Of a stretch of DNA of 64,000 nucleotides, positions 29,525 through 42,024 are shown piece by piece (the stretch's first letter is position 1; every line of letters starts with the position of its first letter). The translations under genes and the position numbers were made by a program. Source of the stretch: Octopus vulgaris (taxonomy: Eukaryota); NCBI GenBank assembly GCA_951406725.2, contig OX597821.1, positions 96,100,001 through 96,164,000 of the forward strand, written 5' to 3'. The notes under the pieces are model-generated. The model worked only from the letters and a program-made list of their open reading frames with translations. It made no database searches and was not told where the DNA came from.

Positions 29525-30470
29525 CCTCCCACTTTGAGGGGTATGCATTTGCAATCCAGGACAGGAAATATCAACCAAGTACCTGAGGCACAAAAGGGAT
29601 AGAGATGCTGGAAAAGCCGTGTAATGTGACAACCGATGTAGGTTTTGTGGAGTTCATACTGAAGATATCATCCACATCGTAAGCAGTCGTACGAAAATGT
29701 CATTACGGTATAATCTACCGATGAGACATGACATTGTGGACAGGACACTCTATAATGAAATCCGTCAGAAGGATAATCTCGAGGACAAAGAAATAAGAAC
29801 CCATAATATGGTAGAAGCCATAGCCACTCATAATAAAAAGAAATAGTGATGGAATGTACTAATGAAGACCTCAATAAAATGTAAGCACAGCAGACCTGAT
29901 ATAATGATTTGGGATAGAGAAGAGAAACTGTGCACAGCTGTGGAAATTAGCTGCTCAGCGGAAGTTAATATAAAGCTGAAGATCAGTGAACACGAGAACA
30001 CCTATGCTGAACTGTTGAGAAATCTGCAGTTACTCTATCCAGATTACAAGTTCAGGTTTATACCTGTCATTATTGGGGCCATGGGATATGTAAGACACTG
30101 CCTATATAACAATTTTGAGAAATTAGGCTTCTCAAAACCAAAAAGGAGAAACCTAATCGAAGACTACAGATCCAGTTCATCACTGGAACTGTAAAAATCT
30201 GTAAAACTTTCCAGAAGTTTATCATTTAAATATATATGAGTATGTATAGATATGCAACTATATGCATGAGAACACATACATAAAATATACAAATCTGCAC
30301 ATACATACATGCGTACATACATACATATATACATACATACAGACATACACACATACATACATACCCTGTTGTTGATGTTGAAACTCCAATGAAGGAGCCT
30401 TGGATCTGGGTTAGAAATTGGTTCTTTCTCTATTGGCAAAAATCTTGAAATAAAATGAATAATGACGTAC
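29525..30470 (+). mobile_element. 5'-truncated RLE LINE of a second R4-like family, ending in (ACAT)n
   Basis: HFEGYAFAIQ, CRFCGVHTEDIIHIVSS, RPDIMIWDREEKLCTAVEISC, FIPVIIGAMGYV. The 3' UTR ends aaatcttgaaataaaatgaataatgac followed by (ACAT)n. Confidence 0.88.
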
Positions 30471-30567
30471 ATACATACATACATACATACATACATACAT
30501 ACATACATACATACATACATACATACATACATACATACATACATACATACATACATACATACATACA

Positions 30568-30600
<33 letters not shown>

Positions 30601-30622
30601 TGGCAGTTGATTATGTGAACAC

Positions 30623-30895
30623 AGTACGAAAATAATTGTTCGAAAGCAATTATTCGAAAAGAATTATTCGAAAAACATTTATTCAAATGGAAAATTGCAT
30701 GAATGAAAACTTTTCAAAAGGTCAATTATACCAAATGTTAATTATTGTAAATTTATTACTTTATTTAAACAAAAATGATAAAATTAAAAATCAACTACAC
30801 AAATTCGAATAACTGTTTTTCGAATAATTGTTTTCGAATAATTATTTTCCAATAATTGTTCTCGAACAATAGTTTTCGAACAATTTTCATGATAC
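30623..30895. mobile_element. Foldback-type MITE whose arms are tandem ~14-bp units (aattattcgaaaa)
   Basis: Left units at 30634-30685 are inverted relative to right units at 30803-30888. Confidence 0.6.
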
Positions 30896-31160
30896 ATGAC
30901 AGATTATACCGTCCCATCAACACACGTCACATCACATCACATCCCATCACACAACACAATGCCTCCGTTGATGAGACAAGCTGCTGTCTGACAGAGTTTA
31001 AAATACAAATCACAGACATTCAAGTTTCTTCTACATTTTTGCCCTTTGGAATCTGATTCCGAAGAGCTCGTCGTAAGGGAACAATTGGGACCGAAATCAA
31101 TAGTGAATATTGGATATGTATTTTGTGCGATCGTGTTTTGTTGTTAAAAGCAAGATATCA

Positions 31161-31519
31161 GGAAGCACTCCGTCGGTTACGACGACGAGGGTTCCGGTTG
31201 GTCCGATCAACGGAACAGCCTGCTCGTGAAATTAACGTGTAAGTATCTGAGCACTCCATAGTTCTCGGGGATATTCAGCGTGACACAGAGAGTGACAAGG
31301 CCGGCCCTTTGAAATACAGGTACAACAGAAACAGGAAGTAAGAGTGAGAGAAAGTTGTGGTGAAAGAGTACAGCAGGGATCACCACCATCCCTGCCGGAG
31401 CCTCGTGGAGCTATAGGTGTTTTCGCTCAATAAACACTCACAACGCCTGGTCTGGGAATCGAAACCGCGATCTTACGACCGCGAGCCCGCTGCCCTAACA
31501 ACTGGGCCATTGCGCCTCC
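31161..31519 (-). mobile_element. SINE family C with a ~10-bp TSD
   Basis: agcaagatat at 31149-31158 and 31520-31529. Confidence 0.9.
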
Positions 31520-31872
31520 AGCAAGATATGTCAACCATATGAAGTCACATGAACATTGAAATGCCCAGGTAATTAATAATCTTCAACCCCAACCGCTTCT
31601 TACAATATCTGGACTTAAAAGTCGTAGGCTAGTTCACAAAGCCATTCCCCCAGAATCAGACATACATACTTACCTTCCCATATACCCACCCCATATACAT
31701 ATAATATGTATGTATGCATGTTCATTGTATACTTTTCTCTTCTTGTGTCATTGAATTTCACATTACTCGCTAAGGCTTGATTGTGAGGTACACATATACC
31801 GAGTTCTAGTGTCAAGTTATTAGTATCACCATGCCTAAGTAAAACACCCAGCCACCCACCCAGCCACCCACC

Positions 31873-31916
<44 letters not shown>

Positions 31917-32066
31917 CACAGCCGGGACTTTACTTATCGATCTTGAACACGTGAAAGGAAAAGTGGAATTCGGAATAATTTAAAGTCAGACTCGAAAATG
32001 CTGTGACACATACCATGACGCAGACTATCTTACACATTAGCATCTCTGCTAACTGATTGCCTAACA

Positions 32067-32132
<66 letters not shown>

Positions 32133-32453
32133 CACACACACACGCACAACACACACACACATTCATGCACGCACATACATACACATATGCACACACATTT
32201 ATGTATGCATGTGTACTAAATTTGTTGTGAAAAATGGAAATTGCCAGTTTAAGAATGAATTTAATTGAATCGATACTATTATTTGTTTGGTACTTATTTT
32301 ATCGATCCCCATCCTAAGGGATGAAATGCAAAATTCAATTCTAATGCAATTTGAAAACAGGACGAAGATAAACATAACGAACTTGTGCTAAACTATATAG
32401 TCACGAACTTAGTACTTCTCTTTGTCTTTCTTTAAACACACACACATACGCAT

Positions 32454-32517
<64 letters not shown>

Positions 32518-32682
32518 TTCTGTGATGCGTAAGTATGTATATGTGGTTCTGTGAATCTCATGCCCCGCAGTTTGCCAGAAATACTGAATAGAAATTCTTT
32601 TAATGATATTAAATTTGAAATATAGGTATTCGTCAAAATCTATACTGGTTTGAATAAGATGCTAGTGCATTGTATTACCGAT

Positions 32683-32741
<59 letters not shown>

Positions 32742-32785
32742 TAAAATAAAATATATATACATACATGCATACACACACGCATGCA

Positions 32786-32871
<86 letters not shown>

Positions 32872-33659
32872 CTAGAATGTTACCTGTCATATGATGAGTA
32901 ACTTTCGAACTATTCTTTTGCCACTAAGGGTATTTATTAGGAGATATGGCATATTTACAATAATATAATTTAATATTTCTAAATTTCTTGCTGCTTATAC
33001 AAAATGATGAAATGAATACTAATTTTGTAAAAGAAAAAATATCTACTACTTTAAAATGAAATTAAAGAAATTAAATTTCTCATTTGAATATTTGGAATGA
33101 ATATACGTTATTATTTTTTTCTAAATTTTACTAACATAACAACAATCTATTTCATCGAAAACCTATAGAATAAAAACTCCCTTCGGCGATGAATGATCAT
33201 GGAATTACACCTAAAAAGTGCCCCCCACTCATGAGGCACATGTGCGAGCCAGATTGTTTATGGAAGGCCAGCAGTCCCCCATGCATACCAGCCTTCCCTC
33301 TCCACGCCACTGAAGTTATCCAAGGGAAGGGCAAGGGCCGATAAAGCTTGACACCAATGACGCCACAACTCATTTCTACAGTTGATTGAACTGGTGCAAC
33401 GTGAAATAAATTGTCTTGCTCAAGAACACCACACACACAGTCCGGTCCGTGAATCGAAGTCACTACTTCATGATTGTGAATCCGACGCTCTAACCACTGA
33501 GCCATGCTGCTTCACATCGAAAACCCATGCCTGCAAAATTTGAGTTTCAGTAATTAGTCTGTGTTTGCTCCTCCTTAGCCTTCTCCTCCTGCATTTTCTC
33601 CTACTCTGTTTTTACGATTCTTTCTCTCTTACCGTAAACGTATATGTAGCGTTTCTAGT

Positions 33660-34245
33660 ATGTGCATACTGCCTAAATACCAATCTTGAGAAAATTAGGC
33701 TTTTCAAAACCAGAAAGGAGAAAGCTGATTGGAAAACTACAGATCCAAGCCATCTCTGGAACTGTACAGATCTGTAAAACTTTCCGAAAGTTTATTATTT
33801 AAGTAAATATGAACATGTCTAAATATACAAGTATATGCAAAAGAAGATATACATAAAACAAAACATGCAAATCTGCACATATACATACATACTTATATAC
33901 CTACCTACCTACCTACCTACCTACCTACCTACCTACCTACCTACCTACCTACCTACCTACCTACCTACCTACTTTTCTACCTACCTACCTACCTACCTAC
34001 CTACCTACCTACCTACCTACCTACCTACTTACCTACCTACCTACCTACCTACCTACCTACATACATACATACATACATACATACATACATGCATACATGC
34101 ATACATAGATGCATACATGCATACATGCATGCAGAAATGCTCCGTTGATGTTGAAATTGCAATGAAGGAGCCTTGGATCTAGGTTAGAAGCAGGCTCTTT
34201 ATTGGCAAGAAGTCTTGAATAAAACTGAATAATGACAAGCGTACA
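33660..34245 (+). mobile_element. 3' fragment of the (ACAT)n-associated RLE LINE family
   Basis: gagaaaattaggc...ctggaactgtacagatctgtaaaacttt...gaaggagccttggatctaggttagaa...gaataaaactgaataatgac matches 30117-30466; the internal tract has become (CCTA)n. Confidence 0.8.
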
Positions 34246-34525
34246 TACATTCATATACATACACTCATACATATACATTTGCAAGGGGAAGTTTGGCATC
34301 TGACAATCTGATGGTGGCTGCTAACCTGAAACTTCGAAGTAACTGTCAAGCTTCAGCTAGTAAAAGCAAAATAAACGTTTCACAATACTGAAAGTTACTG
34401 ATCATACTTCAATTTAATGTTTGGCTGTTTCTATATACAAACCATACATAAAAACAACCATTAATACACGCAAACACACGCACAAACCTTGCACGGCACA
34501 TCTTCATTTGTATTTCGAAGTGTCG

Positions 34526-34617
<92 letters not shown>

Positions 34618-34686
34618 TTACCTACCTACATATCTATCTATTTACCTACCTACTTATCTATCTATTTTACCTACCTACCTACCTAC

Positions 34687-34776
<90 letters not shown>

Positions 34777-34793
34777 GTCTATCTATCTATCTA

Positions 34794-34847
<54 letters not shown>
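34526..34847. repeat. (CTAT)n/(CTAC)n microsatellite
   Basis: Direct inspection. Confidence 0.95.
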
Positions 34848-34849
<2 letters not shown>

Positions 34850-34969
34850 CTATACAGAGAGGGAGAGAGAGAGAGTGGGAAAGAAAGTGAGCGAAAGTGA
34901 GAGAAAGTGTGAGAGGTACATATATGTATAAATACATACACGTATACATATATGCATTACATATACCTA

Positions 34970-35014
<45 letters not shown>

Positions 35015-35018
<4 letters not shown>

Positions 35019-35140
35019 TGAATTTACAAAAAAAATCAAAAGACGAAGACGGGTGTATAAACAACTAACAGTTGTATTAGTTTAACGCTTGGGAAGTGAG
35101 AAAGTCTTTTATGTTTCAAGCCTACGCTCTTCAACAATAT
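35015..35140 (-). mobile_element. Truncated family F repeat
   Basis: Reverse complement ttgttgaagagcgtaggcttgaaacataaaagactttctcacttccc; lies between two (TA)n tracts. Confidence 0.65.
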
Positions 35141-35143
35141 ACC

Positions 35144-35241
<98 letters not shown>

Positions 35242-35297
35242 TGTGTGAATGTATATATATATTCATACACCTATGTCTCTCCCTCTATAAATATACC

Positions 35298-35392
<95 letters not shown>

Positions 35393-35406
35393 ATATACAT
35401 GCATAT

Positions 35407-35439
<33 letters not shown>

Positions 35440-36329
35440 GTTAATCCAAACATAAACAAAGTTATACGTATATAGATATATATATATGTATATATACCTG
35501 CAAACATTCCCACCTTACCTCGTCGCATTTGTACATAAATATATATATGAGAAACAATAAAGCAAGATTTATTACTAAAAGCCAGAAAACAATTGAATAA
35601 ATAATCAAACAATCAATGTATTTTATTTATTCATTTTACGGAAACAAAAAAGATGATGAAATACGCAGGACAAAGCAAAAAGAAGCAAAAGAAATAAAGA
35701 AGAATGAAAAAAAAACAAAATCAAAACCAAAACAAAGCCAAAAAACTTTTATAAGACCGTAAATGAAAAAAAAGGAGGTAAAATAGAATCGAAATAAAAG
35801 TAAAACTGTGTATGGACGTTGTTAGAATATTAAATGAGTGTGCTCTTGTTGTTTCACATTGCCAATAGTGTTGTGGATAATAGTACTTTATATCTAGTAT
35901 TAATAAAACATAACTTGAAGTTATTGCTTAGCAACTCTTTTTACTTGCTTAATACTTCTGTGGATTTTACTTTCACTTTCGTTCGTTCACTGTTGCTAAG
36001 AATACACAAACACATACCTACTCCGACATACACACACATACATCATATTCTCGTTCTCTTTCTCCTTCTATCTCTTTCTCTTCTTCTTGTTGTCTTTTCT
36101 CTCTAACCCTCACCAGTATTCTTGCTGCTGTTCTTGCGCTTTTCATAAACTACTCAGAGGAGATGAGGCCCTGTTCATGCCTTTTGCATGGCTTCTCAGA
36201 CTGGTGACATTAGTATAATAGTTCATGCAAAGTCGGAAAACTTGTAATTCGATATCTACAGAAAAAAAAAGACAAACTTAAATAAACAAAGTCCCGTTAA
36301 TGGTGATGAAACTCTGGGTTTTCTCTGAG

Positions 36330-36950
36330 TCCACAGAATTCATCAAATTTAGCATGAAAGGGACAAACGAAGCGAAACTTAGAACCGTTAGCCTTTTCGA
36401 CATGACATTTAAAATGAACTGATAATCATACGAGTTCACTAAGAATATAAATAGCATTCTCCATCCTAGATCCACCCAGAATCTCACCTTCCACAAACGT
36501 CATCTAACATGTAGTCATTAGTAATAGCAAGATGATAAGCACATTATCCATTTTCAACATGGCTGTTGTGGACTATAACGTGGCAGTAACACGCAGGCGA
36601 TATGAAAATACAAGTAGTTGCAAACACCACCACCACCACCACTACCGCCCTAACAACAACAACAACAACATAGGAAGAGCGATGCTATATGTTAACATTC
36701 ACTATAATAACATTCATATATGAAAACAAAAGAAAAATCAATGATATCTCAAATTTTTTTCCAAAAATATTTCCTGAACGGCCGCAAATTCCAACAGCTC
36801 TTCAACAAGAATAACATAAACCTAAGATAGAGAAGTATGTGCGTATCACGTTTCATTCAGAGTCACAATGAAAGCATATTGTAAACAAATCAAAAGTTGC
36901 CGACGCAATACACAGAGCTGTGTAGCCTGAAAGCAAATGATTCTTGGTGA
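36330..36950 (+). mobile_element. Highly decayed PLE RT fragment
   Basis: Remnants NLRTVSLFDMTFKMN (compare NLK.VNFLDVT.NL) and KYFLNGRKFQQLFNKNNINL; same type as 11440-12320. Confidence 0.4.
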
Positions 36951-37374
36951 GTATCAGTTGACGTCAACGGCCAAGTGATTACTTAAAAACGCAGAAAATG
37001 TAAATTAAAAATACTATCATATATGTCTTCTAAATACGTTGATGTATTTGTTTTACGCATGACAAGCGCATATCAAACTACATACATTTAATGCAAGCGT
37101 GTAATAAGTACTTCTATGTTTTTGTATAAACCAAACAGGTACACACAGACACATGCACTCATACATACACACATACATACATACATACATACATATATAC
37201 ATACATACATACATGCATACACACATACATACTTACATACATACATACATGCATACGTACATACATACATACATACATACATACATGCATACATACATAC
37301 ATACGTACATACATACATACATACAAGCATGCATGCATACATGCAAACATATATGCATACATACATATATTAAT

Positions 37375-37670
37375 TCGAAGACTATAGATCAAATTCATGA
37401 CTGGAACTGTAAAAATCTGTAAAACTTTCAAGAAGTTTATCATTTAAATACATATGAGTATCTCTGGATATGCAGCTATATGCATAAGAATACATACATA
37501 AAGCAGAACGTACAAATCTGCTCATATACATACATATATACAAACAAAAATACCCTGTTGTTGATGTTGAAATTCCAATGAGGGATCCTTGAATCTAGGT
37601 TAGAAACCGGCTCTTTCTCTATTGGCAAAAAATCTTGAAATAAAACTGAACAATGACATACATACATACA
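37375..37670 (+). mobile_element. 3' fragment of the (ACAT)n-associated RLE LINE family
   Basis: Matches 30158-30466, with (ACAT)n-like tracts directly before and after. Confidence 0.82.
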
Positions 37671-39657
37671 TTTAGTAAGAAAATAGCGATTTGCGAAATC
37701 CTAGTGAGTGCCTCAGTCAACATTCATGCAAAATCAAGGATAACAGAATGTAATAGAAGGAAAATTAGAATTAGGATTCAGTTATTCTAAAAGACACGAT
37801 CCACAGAAACAGTAAATCCAGGGACACGTACCGATTTGAGATTAGTGCATCCATCACAGTGTATAAATATAGACAAACATAAGAATGCAGATGACGATAT
37901 GTGTAGCAATAGGGTTCAAAATAAATGCCCTTGAAATAACCAGTATCTTAGAAATCAGTTTATAAATATTCTGCTAAAATATCTCATGAAGTTCATTATT
38001 ACACTGGTTCCACAGCATCTAACTTCAAATTTAGGCTGCATGAACACACGCACCCAACTGCGTACACACACACAACTGTACACACACACACACACACGAC
38101 TGCACATATACACACATACCTTTAATAATAAATGGACAGCTCGGAGTCCCTCATTTACTACACTCATTCCATATCCCAAAGAGAGGAGTATTGATTACTG
38201 TGTCTCGTGACCAATTATAAGTACTGCATTCACATACACAGGGATGAAGTAGCTATATTTATGTTCTCTGAAAGTGCTTAAAAATCTCTGATGTGGGTCG
38301 GGTCAAATTAATCAGCGTAACGAATTATTGATTCGTTGCTCCCACCAATTCAATAAAACTTTCTGGAAAATTACGCTCAGCTGACTTACCTTATCTTAAA
38401 TAACTTTCTTTGCGTTACTTCATATTTATCATGGATACTTCTATTTGAAACGTTTACATCTTAATGCTTCTTGCTTAATTTTACCCTGTATAACTAATAT
38501 TTGATTTCTTACCTCATAATTTCACTTCACCCCTGATATAAAGCCATAATTATAGCGTTGGTTTTATAGCCTTATTCTCTACCGTTGTTTAATTCTTACC
38601 TATATGCCCATTTTTTCATAATACTTTTCCTCCTGTTAATGATACTTTCAAGAATATAATAAATAATAAATAAATAAGCAGTCGCCCTTTTAAAAATCTC
38701 CATCTCATCACTTAGTCTGCTTATCTCTCCCCTAATATATATGTATACAATAACTCTTTAGTTCCCTAAATGGATGAGTTAGGCGCCCTGGTGGTTTGTA
38801 ATAGATCTAATAAATGGAACTAAGATGATACTCTGTCTCCATAGTTCCTCTGCTTGATTGATTTCTCTATATATGTGACAACTTGCGATTTAATTTATTA
38901 CTATGATAGTATAAGTTACTCCCTTTTTCATTATATTTTGTTTAACCAGTATGGCTATATAAATTAACTATTGCATTTACGCCCAGTCGTATGAGCTGTT
39001 AGTGGAACATTTAATATTCTATGGTTTTACAGAAATCTTTTATATTTGTCGAATTTAATATGTTTATTAGTGTAACATTTCCACTAACTGTCGAAACCGT
39101 CGTCACTGATTAGTGAATATATATATTGTCAACTGCATTCTCTGTTTCTCCCCACTCACTCTCTCCTTATACAAACGCATATACACGCACAAGCATAAAC
39201 ACGCACATATTAACAAAATGCGTTTGTTCTACATGCTGTATAGCGTAAGCATTGAAACAAAGCCAGATTACAGGTCAAACAGTATATGAGCATAACCGGA
39301 TGATGTACATAGCGTAAGTTACATCATTTCCGCTCGAAGAGCACACATTTCTTTCTCGTGTTAAAAAGTCATTCATAAAGACTCACGCACATTTTCCAAG
39401 AAAAGAGATACCTTTTAAAAAATATTCGTAATATTGTTTCTCTCTATTCTTAAAATAATCATTTATTATGCTATTCAAAATACATTGCCTTTAAATACCA
39501 TTGATACATTTCCATTTCTCATATTTCAATACATATATCTCTGTCTCTACAGTTCGGTCTTTCAACATTCAACAACGCATTCTGCCAATTTCATATTACA
39601 CACACACACACGTACACAGACACGTATGCATATTTACACACAGTATGCACATATATG

Positions 39658-39860
39658 TGGAGACGCAATTGCCCAGTGGTTAGAGCAGCGGACTCGCGGT
39701 TTCGATTCCCAGATCGGGCGTTGTGTGTGTTTATTGAGCGAAAAATCTAAAAGCTCCACGAACCTGCGGCAGGGGGTGGTGGCGACCCCTGTTGTATTCT
39801 TTCGACACAACTTTCTCTCACTCTCTTTTCCTGTTTCTTGAGTAACGCTGCGATGGTTTG
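39658..39860 (+). mobile_element. SINE family C (diverged, different 3' end)
   Basis: tggagacgcaattgcccagtggttagagcagcggactcgcgg...ttgagcgaaaa. Confidence 0.75.
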
Positions 39861-40411
39861 GTTACCTGCAGTTAGAGAGTTTCTCATCTGGCAAATGCCT
39901 AGTAATGGCTTCTGTGCAGGATATTATTCACCGAATGCTAAGATACTTTGTGATCGCAGACCTTGTGTCATCGCAGTATATGGAGAAGCAGATACTCCAA
40001 GACATCTCGCCCAACGCTTTAACAATCCTGTCACACAACCGCCCTGTAATAATAATTTTATTGCTTCTGAAAGAATGAATTTTGAAGTTAAGCTTTGTGG
40101 GGATTTTATTCAGAGCACAAAGTGTAAGAATACTGCAATAATGCACGCCATTAAACGTGCTAAAGACTGCCAAATTCACTTCCTTACACTGACACACACA
40201 CACACAGACAGACACACATACAGACACACATACACATCTCTTTGTTTCTATCTTCCCACGCAATCACTTTCCCTGTCTACATTCACCAAACCTACATCTT
40301 ATTCACATTACTCCATCTACCAAAAGAGAAACCTGTCAAAAAGCGAGAAAGAATCAAAGAAAACTTCGGTAGATAAATTGGAAGCTGCTGTCAACCTCTT
40401 CTTTGAGCGCG

Positions 40412-40450
<39 letters not shown>

Positions 40451-40453
<3 letters not shown>

Positions 40454-40667
40454 ATGACCAATCAAAATTTTAGGCGCGAAACCAAGCAAATCCAAAACAA
40501 CTCTGGAGCCTCTTTTTTTCACATATAAGAGACAGACTCTAATCTCTCTTTTATATTTTGATAAGCATAACAAATGCGCAACCGGTAAATAGAACTTTCA
40601 CCTAATTAAATTACTTAAATTACTTCAATTATTTGTCAGCATTTTCTTCATTTCCTTTTTTATATAT
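40451..40667 (+). repeat. 5' pseudo-LTR of the PLE
   Basis: ataatgaccaatcaaaattttaggcgcgaaa...catttccttttttatatat. Matches 44920-45137 apart from poly-T lengths. Confidence 0.95.
40551..40594 (+). ncRNA. Minimal type I hammerhead-like motif (U3-A8, C13 variant) in the 5' pLTR
   Basis: Stem I UU-A-UAUU/AAUA-G-AA, core UUGAUAA, stem II GCAU-aacaa-AUGC, GCAA, palindromic stem III ACCGGU, GUA triplet with predicted cut after 40587. PLE pLTRs are known to carry such minimal hammerheads. Confidence 0.65.
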
Positions 40668-40728
40668 CACCACTCGTGTTCGACATCTCCTTTTTTTAAA
40701 TATCATATCCCCGCACGAGATACAGAAA

Positions 40729-42024
40729 ATGCCTACAAAAACTGAAACCACCCTAATCAACTTAAACGAAGAAATCCTACAGGAACTCAAAAACATCAAC
40801 ACCAACCTCTCTGTACTAGTCAACAAATTGGACTCTACTAATGAGGAAACCATTACCGGACACAAACCCTCCGAAATCGGCGATAAGCTACAAACTCTGT
40901 GTGATACGATCCACACCTTTTTCACCACCACCAACCCAGCCAAAAACAAAGAAGAACCATGTCAAATTGATTCATACAAACTGAAAAATCATATAATCCC
41001 AGAATGGAACAAATCCCTCAGAGACAGAAAGTTCTCCTTCTGGAAAATGATTAGAAACAACAACAAGGCCGAGATATACGAAAAATGGATGAACTCTACT
41101 CCTCTAACTCTTCCCCGCAAAATACAATTAAAAGCCATTCCCAATGAACCTGAACCTCAAAGACGACTTAGGGAAAGAATGGCATTAGAGAGACTGAAAA
41201 CAGAGATTGAACTTCTCAAATTAAGGGCCCAAACAAATGAGGAAAGAGTCAAAACAATCGATGAAGAGATCCTCCTCGTAATAAATAACAAGGCCGAAAG
41301 CCTACACATAGAGAAGATCTCCAAGTTATGGAAAGATGACTGCAACAAAGAGGAACTAAAATCCCTACAACGCTGGGAAAAAAGTGCCGCCTGGTTCCTA
41401 AACTATGAATCGACTTTCAAAACGGATTACTCTTCCAATAACCCGTTCATAAAAATGGGAAAACCAGGAACCCAACCACACAACTACTCCGCCAACCCTC
41501 CAACCTTGAACAAAAGAAGGAAACAGCATATTGAAGATGTACCTTCTTACCCCACGTCCATAAGGAGGAACAAGAACCCTGGAAACTCTCACCACCAGAA
41601 TTACATTAACGAATTTCCCTCTTCAAGGAGACGCTATACACAACAACTCAACAACTACTCGAATACCTTATTAACAAATAAAAGAGGGTCCCACTACCAG
41701 GATAGACACAACAACATCCACACCACGTGGGGACAACAAGGTAATTTTCACTTTCTCAACTCTCACAATACACAACAAACCCATACCACTCGATACAAGC
41801 ACCCACGCAGGCCACTCATATCACCACAATCCATCACAACACAAAGAAACACACACCAACACCCGCAATACAGGAACACCCCATTCTATCCACAACCACG
41901 AACCCGAACCATATTTCACAACAAGGAATATAACAAACACACAGGACCTCCTAACACCAACAGACAACCCCTCTACCCCAACCATTTTTTAGACACAGCA
42001 CACAGATACAGGCAAACAAGATAA
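40729..42024 (+). CDS. PLE ORF1, 431 aa: predicted coiled-coil N-terminal/middle part and Q/N/H/R/P-rich basic low-complexity tail; function unknown
   Basis: Uninterrupted frame from 40633, first ATG at 40729 (MPTKTE). Heptad-like segments LINLNEEILQELKNINTNLSVLVNKL and ERLKTEIELLKLRAQTNEERVKTIDEEI. Lies between the pLTR and the RT ORF. Confidence 0.8.
   Translation: MPTKTETTLINLNEEILQELKNINTNLSVLVNKLDSTNEETITGHKPSEIGDKLQTLCDTIHTFFTTTNPAKNKEEPCQIDSYKLKNHIIPEWNKSLRDRKFSFWKMIRNNNKAEIYEKWMNSTPLTLPRKIQLKAIPNEPEPQRRLRERMALERLKTEIELLKLRAQTNEERVKTIDEEILLVINNKAESLHIEKISKLWKDDCNKEELKSLQRWEKSAAWFLNYESTFKTDYSSNNPFIKMGKPGTQPHNYSANPPTLNKRRKQHIEDVPSYPTSIRRNKNPGNSHHQNYINEFPSSRRRYTQQLNNYSNTLLTNKRGSHYQDRHNNIHTTWGQQGNFHFLNSHNTQQTHTTRYKHPRRPLISPQSITTQRNTHQHPQYRNTPFYPQPRTRTIFHNKEYNKHTGPPNTNRQPLYPNHFLDTAHRYRQTR

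Noticed and set aside
30623-30895. CRISPR-like short repeats
   Set aside because: No unique spacers, eukaryotic context, and the inverted arrangement fits a foldback MITE.
39838-40473. 211-aa ORF upstream of the PLE
   Set aside because: Runs through SINE remnants and CA/TA repeats, lies almost entirely outside the pLTR boundary and has no domain signal.
40585-40639. Short 55-nt intron in the pLTR (GTAAAT...cctaat...tttgtcAG)
   Set aside because: It does not put ATG 40574 in frame with ORF1 and gives a short ORF ending near 40745. Possible but uninformative without reads.
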